From Gnetum montanum (lineage: Eukaryota > Plantae > Gnetophyta), in contig MNCI01001630.1 of the NCBI GenBank assembly GCA_015680685.1, positions 452,689-516,688 of the forward strand: 64,000 bases of DNA. The letters run 5' to 3'. The notes under the pieces are model-generated. The model saw nothing but the letters and a program-made list of their open reading frames with translations, ran no database searches and was not told the origin of the DNA. Shown one piece after another: positions 25,401 to 37,400 of this stretch. A program made the position numbers and the translations under genes. Numbering within the stretch: the first letter of the stretch is position 1; each line of letters starts with the position of its first letter.

Positions 25401-28400
25401 CCGGTTGGCTAATGAGCTCCATGCCCAGATTCATGAGGAGTTGCTGCAGGAGGAGGCTACTTGTAGAGAGTGTGAGAGGGCGGAGCATGTGCAAAAAGAG
25501 TGAGAACAGGAAGAATAAAGACAAAGATAGAGGCAGCTGGACCAAGCACATGAGCAGAGTGCACGACAATGGCTTTGGGAGGGGAGATGCTCGTACGTTG
25601 TGCTAGGCATAAACTGTGACTGCTCCTGGGGGGTGCTCTGACGACACATCCACCGTATGTCCGCGTGTTTCCATCTGGACGGGGGTACACTAGTTGAGGA
25701 GCAGAGTCATTGGGAGGTTGCCATGCAAGAAATTTAGAAGGCAGCTTGTTTCATGGATTTTGAATGACACTGTAATACTTTGGATATCCTCCATGTTCTC
25801 GAGCATTTGCACTGCCTGTGTCATAGGTTGTTGGCATAGCCGTAGTCTCCCTCCTTTGAGTTGGGATCCTGTTCTTGCTGTTTCCAGTTGGCTGATTTGG
25901 CCTTGTTTTGTGTTGTGGGTCCATAATGTCTGAATTTGGGGTTGGGAGGGAGGGGGGGAATGCCCTGCACCGCCCCCACCCTATTTTATTGATTCATGGC
26001 GGTTCCCCCCCCCCCCCCCCCCCCCACCGAGTCGTGGGTAAACCCGTGTGGGCCACCTCTGGTGGCCTGATTTTGTAATTTTAGCTTTTTTGTACTGTTG
26101 CCTTGATATCAATATAGTCAGTTTATAATATGAATGCCATGAGTTTTCTTTCACCCAACTTAACCAACATTTCCAATCAAATATAATCAAATTGAAAGAG
26201 CAATGGTTAAGATGGAAGTTAAGATATAACAAGTAGTATTATAATAAAAATATACCTTTATATTTTTAGCATTCATCAGCTGTTTATATATTTTGAAGTA
26301 TTTGCTTTTTTTTTTTGGTTAATTTGCAATCATACGTATTTTGATTACAAAGAATCAAGGCTTATGAAGGTGTTTAATTGTTGATGCTTTTTATAGGTAA
26401 GGACAATTTTTTTGTTTGGATTTCCAAAGGATGTCAAAGAGCGAGAACTTCAAAATTTGTTACGATGGTGGCCTGGCTATGAAGCATCTCAAATCAATGT
26501 CAAAGGTGATCAAGCTATGGGATTTGCACTTTTTTCTACAGCACAATTAGCAATGCAAGCAAGGGATGCCCTTCAAGTGAGTTTAGCGTTATTTCTTAAC
26601 AGTTTTATATACGTTATTATTTACATTTTCTAATTAAATCTTGATGTTTTGAACTCACAGTTTCGAAATTTTGTTGATGTGTTGCAGAATCTTGTGTTCG
26701 ATGCTGAAACTAATTCTGTTTTACGTGCAGAAATGGCAAAGAAAAATCTCTATGTCAAAAGAGGTAAGCGTTCTTAACTTTTCCTGAATCATTTCTAATG
26801 TTTTTCAAATTGAATATTATTTTTTCTTTTTGGGAAAAGCATTTGTATGTGAAGGATATATTTAGATATTTTCAGTTTTAACGTTTTGGTTTTTTCCATT
26901 CAAAACATGGTCAGAGATGTAAAGCATGATTATCACCATAATTTAAAGATTTTTTAAATGATGCAACACCCTACGAAGTCAATTAGCAAGAGACATGTAG
27001 TGGTGCATGAAGAGATGATCTAGGCCTTCTAATACCAACTAGACGTGACACTTGCAAACCAGAGAAATATGGAGGAGTAAATTTCTATGATATATTATCG
27101 AAGGATTCTGTCTTGTAAACATACTTTGTCATAATTAACACATCTTAAAAGGGCATGACCCCATTGTTTGATAATGCTGTTGTGATTTGGGGGTATGAAT
27201 ATACAATGCTGTGCAGCAAAAATCCGTTTTACTGAAAGCCAGTTGTGACTTGCTGAGCACATGGTGTAATGTAATGTTGAAAGCCAAAAAAATTAATTCC
27301 ATTAACAGTAACATTGAAATATTGCCAAGTTTCAACCACCATTTAACATTCAGAACATTTCGAAGTCTTCAATCGATTTTGACGTGACTCTAACAAGTTT
27401 CATTATTGGAAATTTTATAACAGCAATGAGATCTCGAAAATTGTAGATCCAACAAAATCTAACATTTTCTTTACTTTTCGTTTCTTTTAATCATCCTACT
27501 TCCTAACTCCTTCACCTGATTGCATTCTAGTTTCCTGGAATAATCTTTAAGAGTGTGCGACTCAAAAGTCCTAGTAACGCATTAGTCAAGTTGCCAACTT
27601 TGTAGGGATTACTATCACGTGATGTGAGGTTATCGTACAAGCACATACATGGCAATAACAATAATTACATTTGCCATAAAAGAAGTATTCACTACAAGCA
27701 TGCAATGTTGAAAACAAATTGATGCCGTATGTAAAACATATTACTTACAATATAATTGGGCAACTAGAGAATTTACTGGTAAAACATAATTCCACCTGAA
27801 AACAATATCTTGGTGCATCCAGCAAGGACATGCCAGTATGTACATATCAACAATCATGTCATCTAATAAATGCTTCTCTAACAATTGATCTCATTCTATG
27901 ATTTAACATTCTTCTATGGCTCTAACCATACCCTAAATTCTACTAGTTGCTATGTGGAGCTCAAACTTCAAATCTTTCTTGGTGGCCATTCATTATCATC
28001 AAACCCCATGCATGGATCTTCTGAGATGGTTCTTTCTTTTTCACATATAACCTTGTGTATGCATCTTCACAGAAGGCCTTCCATCCAGCTCCACACTGTA
28101 CCTTGTGCATGGACTTCCCAGATGATCCTCCTCTATTCACTTTGTTTGCAATCCTGCTGTGGCTATATAGTGATCCAACACATAGATTAAAAATGTGGAT
28201 CAGATCATGGGTTGCCTTGTCAGGCAAAAGATTTTGGATTGCGGATCACTTGGAATTGCAATCAGAATTGTGTGGAATCGGATAAGTTAAAAATAATTTA
28301 AAACAAAGATTTTAAAATATTTTTGCAATAAACAAATATTTTTGTTAACAAAAACATTAAAAAAACAATATTTCATTCAGACAAGTGAGGGAGTTAAGGC

Positions 28401-31400
28401 TTCTTGTTTTCATGATACTTGTTTCTGCTATTGGGTAACCTCATTTGGAACATGGCATTCATTAATGGGCACTTGCATGGGCAGGGTATACATAGATTGC
28501 ATCCATAATTGTGGCATGCTAGTAGTAGTGATTCTGAATACTTCCATCAGGTTTCCAACTCAAGGCATTGACATTGGTGGCAGTCATAGTCATTCTAATA
28601 TTGCACTGCTTATGAATGCCCAAACTGCCAAGAAAAAATACAGACTATTACCAGTACCAAGTTTCAATGATCTTCATGATCAGACTACCACTACTGTAGT
28701 TGAAAATGGTGTTAAAACCACTGATGCATCACTTGAAGCACTACTGCCAACATGTTGCAATAAGTCCCTTGTCCCACCATAGTTGTTGCAAGAACCTCTA
28801 TAATGTTACATTCATGTTTCACTCAATTTGGTTGGTTTATCCAATGAATCCAACTGCAGGAGGACACAGATGTAGATAGGCCATGACAATTGAGTACGAA
28901 ACTGTGGAGTCATCCAAATCTGTTTCCAAACTTATGATTTTAAAATACATATTTTTCTATGGATCACCATGTACTCAAGATCGCGATTCTGATCTAATTC
29001 AATAAGTTTTTTTGTGGATCTGGATCTGGAATTGTTTGGATCATGGGTGCAAGCTGCATTCTTAATCTATGATCCAACATCTATGTTGCCTAGATCATTA
29101 TAATAATCCTAGACTTGTTTTAACAATATGGGGCTAGCTACATGGGTTCTCTTTTGCCATTTGCCTCTACCAAAAGCTAATGCTTGATCTATTTGTAATT
29201 TTTTGATATCTACTTTAAGTGTTTCTTTTTATGATATATTTGGTCTTCTTTTTTGCCTGTTTTCTAGAACTGTGATTTGGCAACCTGTAACATCCCATAG
29301 ACATGTTGGAGATAGTGTAAGATGTGTCATCATGTGGACCATCAAATTTTCTCTCAATTTTATGTTTCATGTCATGTTTAATTTGAAGTCATGTAATTTT
29401 TTTTAGTTTTCAAAAGTTAAGAGTTATTAGGAATTAGTTTTTAATTTCCAAAGTTTGAAGTTTATGTTTTATTTCATGTAAGTGCATGTGCACACTTCAC
29501 TTTTGTAATGGATCAGTGATCCCACATGTAATCCTCATCCAAGTGAGGCATCCCCAAAAAGTATAAGAAGAAGTTCTCTCTTCCATTGTAAACTTGATGA
29601 GAGCACTTTGTTTTAAGTTGAAGGTGAATAGAAGAGAAGAAGTGTGCTGGTGGTTCCTTAATTTTCTTGTGGTGACTTTTCTTTTTTGTTCTCTCATTCT
29701 CACAAAAAGAATTCTCACAATGAGTTAAGATCCTCACAATTCTTCCATCAAATTTCTCACAATGTTTTTACAAGTTCGTACAATCTGATCGCAATCCTTT
29801 CATTTCCACAAGTTTATCTCTTAATTCTTAGTTTTATAGGCATTTAAATTACATAGGAAAGCTCATGTTTATGTTTGAAGAATCTGTGTTTTAGAAGCTC
29901 AATTAGAAGTGTTTGATGATTTGAATTGGCAACTCTAGCAAGGATTTTATTCATTCCTTGTTGTAGAAGCTTTGCATGTTGGAGGATCTATTATTTTGTC
30001 ATTTGAATCAGTGGTTTATGTTAAATTGTGGATGTTTTGGAGAGCTCTCTTGCGGCTTTTCATTATCTTCACCCTTTCTCACAAAATTTCAAAAGCATTT
30101 GAGGTTGTAAGCTAAATTGGCATTAAGGATTGATTGATTTAGTATTGTCTCATAGTTCTGAACATTTGGGTTCTAGATCTAAGCCCCCTTTTTTTTTATA
30201 GAAGAGTTTGGGCAATTATATTAAGATCAAGTCCAGTTTTGCCCACCTGTGAAAATGTCAGAACCCTTACCAATACAGCTAGCAGAAACCAAAAACTTCC
30301 CCTTCCTTGATTGAAACAGACAAAGGAAAATAAACGAAAGAGCAAAACAACCAGCAAGCAACTACCACAAAGGTGGGCTCCCTCACCCACCAACAAGGAG
30401 CCCACAACCCTATAGACATTTGGGTAGATTGATACACCTACAGGTCGCACACTCCTGAGTGTGAATCGCCTCAAGATCAGCCTAGTGCCTTTCCGTATCA
30501 ACAAAGGTTGCAACCTGTTGAAACTCCTTAAACTCCTCCTTTTTTGGCACACTCCACTGCTTTGCTAGTACCATTCAGATGAAGCTGAGCTGCAGTCCTC
30601 CTTATATGTCTTCACAGTTTATGCCACGAGGTATTGCAGTTAATGTCCATAATAATGTACAGGCACTTCCCTTCCTGTAACCAAAGCCATGTGTTGTGCT
30701 TATGAGCTCTATCCTGCTACCATTGTAATTGTTCAGCTTCCAACCGATCTCGCTCTTGTAACTCCTACTCTTGTTTCCATGGTGCTCTTTGCTGCTCCTC
30801 CTACTACATCTCAATGCGTATCTGTCTACCCAATTTTTCTCCTAGCATAGCCCTGGCCACCACCTCCTGTAGGTCCTGCCGTCTCTTTGACTCTTTTTCT
30901 AGCTTGGTGTGGTACATCTTTGCCTGCACCATAAGACGTTGGAATTCCTCCTTAGAGGGTTGAGGTGTTGTTTTTTTCTCAAAGTTGTCATTCTTACAAG
31001 TCATTTTGAGGTTTATGTCATGAAATCAGTTTGCATGGGATAGTAAATGCAATTGCACGTGTGTTTTTAGAGGTTTATGTTGGTCTTTGATGTATCACGA
31101 CACTATGGCCAAAGTTCGGAGAAGATTTGATGTTGTTTGCCCTTGAATTGAGCTTGTTTTGGGCATTTAATTTTTGAGTTTCAGGTCATATCGTTGGGCA
31201 TAGATTCTAGCGATACTAATTGATATCATTGTTCAGGATATTGATTTTCATAAATTTGGTGATAAGAATCGATATGTTTGTATTTTGAAAATGTTAAAGT
31301 GCCAAACATATCGTTGGATGCCACTCTAGTGATCAAAATTGATATAGTTGTTTTCTATCTTGCCTGATATTGATCTAGTAATGCCAATCAATATGTTTGT

Positions 31401-34400
31401 AGAAAAATTGTGAGAACTTGTTGATAGGATATCGCGCGAGCGATAAGGATTGATAAGTAGAAGAAGGATCTCAATTCTAATTGTGCCAGTTGACATCCGG
31501 TGATATCATGAGATTTGTAAGTGATTTATTGCCATTGAGCCTAGATCTTGGGCATTTTGGTTTGTGATTTTGTTGCATTATCTTCTGTTGCTGATCTCCA
31601 ACAAGACACCTAAGGATATCTATAGGATGCTATAGAGGAAAACCTCACAAAGCTACTTAAAAGACTTATCTGGGTAAAGATTAACACCTGAGACAAAAGT
31701 TAAATTAATTAAGTTCTGAAAATATTCCAGTTAAATGCAAAGGAGAAAATCAACAAGGCTAGGCTTTTCCTCATCAACTTACCCTTATAGGACCCTGTTA
31801 GGTAGGACCCTGTTAGGTGGGATAAGCATTGAGCCTCTAGGTGATGACCCCTTTTTAAAAATCAAATCTGATTTGTCATAGAGTATGCAATTTGAAAGTA
31901 TCTTGAAACTACCCATATTCACAGTAACTAATGACACGTTTGAACCTAGTAAATGACAGATAAGAATCGGTAGGAAATATGTGCAAACTAAGAGGAGATT
32001 ATAAGTAGTATCATTAAAATAGCCAGTGCTAGAGACATTATCAAAACATCTGAGACATGCATTATTTAGGTGTCTAGAATGTGTGAAATCATATCTGAGA
32101 AAATAACAATAAATAAACCAGAAAATACTGTAAACAATGTGTTAAACCCAAGCATGTAACCATATATAACAATGAATTCAGTCTCTAGGAATTCCATATA
32201 ATAAATTCTGAAAATTTGCAAGATCAGAAATCAAATCATGTTGAAATTGAAGAAAATTAAACTTCAAGAAGTTTCAACAATCAGCATTCATTACAGAAAT
32301 CAAAAGAAGAAGATCAGGCTAGACTTTGGCATTGGAGAGTGCATCATGCATCCTACACAAACATTCAGAAAATGGTTGAGAATGAAAGAGCATTTGGCAT
32401 CAAAATCAAAGACATTCCAGGTGAGACTTCCTCTTCAAGACCAATTTATTGTTCCCATGATGATATATTACCCCCCAAGACCAATTGTATAAATATAAGG
32501 GTTTTTCCCCTCATTGTAATAATGTTGGAATATTCTTATTATAGAAATTCACAAATTACATTTTATTTTCAGCTTGTTCTCAGCCATTCATAGCCATTCA
32601 CAATCTATTCACAGCCATTCAAAAGCATTCACACTCATTCACAACTATTTACATTTGATTCACAATTCATTCATAACAATTCACATTGAATTTGATTTAG
32701 AGTCATTCTTAATTGATTCTCAACAAAACCTTGGTTTTTGGTCGTGGTATGGCAACTAGTCATTGAGTCATTGATCTAGTGACATCATAAAAAGTTGTTA
32801 AACAATCACTTGGGTTGACCCAAATGGACTAAACCAATTTGGATCAACCCATATTATGAGGCACTAATTGCCAAAAACCTATGATTAGTCATTGGTATTG
32901 TTGGGAGGTATGGCATTGCTTCACTGCAGTCTGATTGAGAAGTTCATGTCCTTTGGACCTTGGCTGAGGGTTGAGCAAATTAGGCAATGGGTGTCATCCT
33001 CCTGGTAGGTGGGTAGCGTCGAGGTTCAAGCATTGCAAGAGGACTTGCTACTTTTTGTGTTCCAGTTTGTGGCTGATAGGGATGCAACACTGCAAGGATG
33101 GCCTTAGTTCTTTGGTGCTAAGGGGCTCACTCTGACCCATTGGCCTTCGAGGGCACATAATTATCTAGATTTGTTTGAAAAGGTGTCGATGTGGGTTAGG
33201 GTTTTGGGCTTGCCCTTGGAGTTCTAGTCTCTTGACTTCCAGAAGATCCTTGTGAGGTTCTTTGCGGAGTCTATTGCTTTTGACAAATTCACCGCCTCAT
33301 AAGAGAGGATGGGCTTTGGATGGATGGGATGCTACAGGATGTCTAGATGAAATTGCTGTATGGAATGGAGGTATTGAAGGTTGAGTATGAAAATATTCTT
33401 GTTAAGGATAAAGAGACACACAAGATAGAGCAAATGAAGACAACTCAAAACAACCTTCATTGTCAGGTTTGCGGGAAGGGTAACCACCAAATCGACATTT
33501 GCAGGTTCCGTGGGGATGGTGGTAGGTGATAGGGGCTAGGATAGGAAGGGTGGTAAGGTTCTAGGGTAAAAGAATAAGGCTAAGTCACTATTGCGTTCTG
33601 CACAACCTGTTTTGAGCCCTCACGGACCCAAGATCTTGAATTGGCTTTCTATCCTCTAGGATGCTTTTGAGGCATAGACTAGGGATGAGGCATTGTAGAT
33701 GCAGAAGGAGCCTACGGTGGTGGCTGTAAACTTGGAGTCACAATTGGATGATGTTGCTGTGGGTGGCCCGACCACACCTCACCACCCACCTCGTGTGCCC
33801 CCCCCACCCCCCCATCCTAGGGGACTTCACACTTAGTCCTTGGGTTTCACTGGTGAGGGGGTTGGACTTTCCTAACAACAACCCAGCCCCCAAAGATAGG
33901 CTAGGAGGATTTAAGTTTAAACCCAGAAGTAAAGAAATTAGGTAGATCCAACCTACATGAATTGCGATAGAAGAAGGTTGCTTAGGAATTGGATTTGGGA
34001 GTACATGGGATCTTGAAATAGGTCTACAAGAAATAGTCTACTGTTAGACCATGAAAATCTTGTTATGGAGTTGTCAAGGATAGGGTATACCACACAAACA
34101 AAATACCCTATAGGAACTTGTGAAGAGAGAAAATTGCGATGTGGTTTGCCTTAAGGAAACTAAGTTGTAGAGTGACCAAGGGCAGGTGCTAGGTTTGTGG
34201 GGGTGGTCATTATTTTTTGTTGTTGCCAGAGGCCGTGTTTGAGGACTGGCAATCATTTCCAAATACACGACACATGATATTTGAAATTCCATGGAGCCTT
34301 ACCATTTTCTTGTTTGAAGAGGTAATCTTCTTAACCAATTTCTATGGCTTGCAAGGCTAGTTAGATTAGCTACATGAGCTCCTCTTGGCCACATTTAAGG

Positions 34401-37400
34401 TTTATGGCCACAATAGGTGGTTTGTGGTTGAGGACTAAAACCGGTGGCTATATGATTGGGAGAGAGTAGGGAAGGGTATGATGTCGCTGCAGGGGAAGAT
34501 TTGTTTCACAAATTTCTCTCAGATTTCAATTTGGTGGACTTAGAGATTCAAGGTTGCAATTTACTTGGACCAATAGTAGAAGAGGGGAGGATTATGTCAT
34601 GTCCAGGATTGATAGGGTTTGGGCTAGCATAGTTATGTTGCCTAGGAGGTAAATGATAGTTTGGGCTAGCATAATTATGATGCCTAGGAGGCAAATTATA
34701 GTGACACCGTTGGAGAGATGGGCTTCTAATCATATGGTCTTGTTGTGGGATGTTTGGCGGTCCCTCCTTGAGGATTAGGGGGGTCGGAGGTGCCGCTTCA
34801 AGTTGGTGTGGTTACAGAAACAATGGCTGGCTTGGTTGGTCCAACAAACTTGGGCTTCTTAACTAGGGCCAAGGAATTGAAGGGACTTTCTCAAATGGGG
34901 CTTGCAGAAGGTGAAAGGTGGGATCATGTCCTAATTAAAAGAAGACAAGTACAATTTCAAGTATCTTAAGCATGATCAAGTCCTTAGACTTCAAAGAATC
35001 CAACAGTTGCAGGAGGCAAGGGAGGACCTCTAGTTTGAGGAGTATGAATCACCTAAAGAATTGTAGTAGCTTGATTGGGATGAGGAATTGTATTGGAAGA
35101 AGAGATACCTCATTTGGTGGTTGATGGAAGGAGACCAAAACACAAAATTCTTTTTTGTGACTACTTGCGCTAGCAAAAGGTCCAAGGCCATGACACTTGT
35201 AGATGAAGAAAACAGGTGCATCATAGACCTATGGCTCATCACCTAGTGATTGCAAGGATTCTAGAAAGAGATTTGGCAAAAATGATGAACTTTCGCCATC
35301 GTGGTCCCAATAAGATGGATCCTTTCCCACAAGGATAACCAAAAACGTCTCCAAAGCATTAGCAATTTTGAAGTATGGGAGGCCATTTCAACCATGAAAC
35401 TTGGAAAAGTGCTTGGTTCAAATGGATGGCCTGTTGAATTCTTTGCTGAATTTTTCAAGATTTTGTGACAGGATTTGGTCGATGCTTTCAATCTCATGCT
35501 TTGTTGGGGACAGGTTAGGAGGGAAATCAACTCTTCTAGAATTGTCTTTGTGCCAAAAGGGGAATCTCCAATGAGTCTTGCAGATTATTGGCCTATTGGG
35601 GTTTGTGACAGTCTCCTACAAATCTTTACCAAGATCCTAGTTTGCAAGATACAACCATTGATCTTGAGCCTAGTGAGTAGACATCAAGCAGGTTTTGTGA
35701 AGGGAAGGTGTATACATGATTATATCTTGTTTCTGCATGAGGCCCACCAGTTGATAAAAAAGCAAAATTTCCAAGTATGTCTATGAAATTGGACATAGCA
35801 AAAGCTTGTGACACTGTTAAGTGGGAAGCCCTAAGACAGGTCATGTTGCAAAATGGTTTCCATAGTAGATATGTAGACCTTTGTCTCTAGATCCAACACT
35901 CTAGAGTGTTCTCCTTTGACATTAACGGGTGACTTTGGGGGTTTGACTCCCCCTAGCAGGGATTGCACCAAGGGGATCCTCAATCTCTCTATCTTTTCAT
36001 CTTGGCCATGGATATGATGCACAAGTACTGTCAGATGGAAGGGGTTAGAGGCATGGAGGTAGAGGGTATTACATGCATTGCCAATCATTATGCAGATGAT
36101 ATTTTTTTGACCGCCAAGCGTGGTATGTAAAAAATGCCTTGCAATGGATGACTAATAAGATGGGGCCAAAGGTGAATTGGGCGAACTTTGCTACACATTT
36201 CACCCATATTGATGGCAACATGAGATGAAGAGTCATTGGGATGCTGGAAATTAGGCTAGGTCATTATGAGGATGCCTATTTAGGAATCCCCATCTTTAAT
36301 TGGGGATGGATTGGGACATGGGTTGCTTTTTTGAGCAGAATGCAGGTGAGGATAGGTCATTGGATGTTATGTTTTCTGTACAACAAGGGCAAAGTTATGC
36401 TTGCTACTCTTGTCTTGGTGGCTATGGCAAGGTATGTGGCCTCTATATTTTCCCTGTCACATCAGGTTGTTAACACGATTAACTAGATTATGATGGACTT
36501 TGTCTAGTCAAGAGGGAAGGGAGGTCAAAGGAGATACATGGTTTATTGGGAAAAATTACCCACCTGAATGGTGTTAGGGGCTTGGGGGTGCCGCACTTTG
36601 AAGATGTTCTCCTTTTGACACACATCAATCTAATGAAAAAGGATTGCAGAGGATGAGGACAACATTGAGCAGAAGGCTCCATGGGCATAGGTGGTGCAAT
36701 GGAAGTACATGTTTTGGGAATGTTCGAGTAATGATTCCATGTTCTAGAAGAACATTTGCAGGTGCTATCGAATGCTTTAGCAACTATCCATTATAATCAC
36801 TTAGACATCGGCTGTTGTGTTGCTGCAAAAGTAGGGTCTGACAAATGCCTAGTGCATAATCTAGAAGGGGCGACTTCTAGAGAAGATTAAAATTTTCATC
36901 TGGTTGCTACAAAACAAGGTCATACTAACCTGTGCCTTTCTTACTAATTGAGGCCTTGGTATCAATGATGCTTGCTTGCAATGCAACACTTTGGAGCCTA
37001 AAATGCATGACCACCTGTTCTTTAGCTGTGCCTTCTCTATGTAGGATTGCCAAGTTGCGCAAATTGATCCTACTCTGCAACTGCATGGAAATTGCTTTGT
37101 TATAGCGGTTGCCTAGTCCATTTGGAAGGCAAGGAACAAAGTTGTTTTCATGAGTGCACGAGTGTCACTATTGGGTATTGTGGGTGTTGTTGCTTGTTGA
37201 TTGTGGAAGGAGGTGTTGGCTACTATGAGAGTGATGCCAACCATGGAATCGGACCACACTCTGTTCTAGGAGAATTAGGAGCTTTCAAGTATAGTGGTTA
37301 GGGTTGGCTGGAAGGAGCTCATGTTGTCTATCCTTGGTGAGCAAGGCTTGTAGGACTTGAGTTTTTTTCTCTTAGTGTAAAAATGATGTCACAACTTTTA

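Noticed and set aside
28170-29090. Possible MITE/hAT derivative with GGATC-rich ends
   Set aside because: Only a short imperfect inverted match; no clear TIR, TSD or transposase motif.
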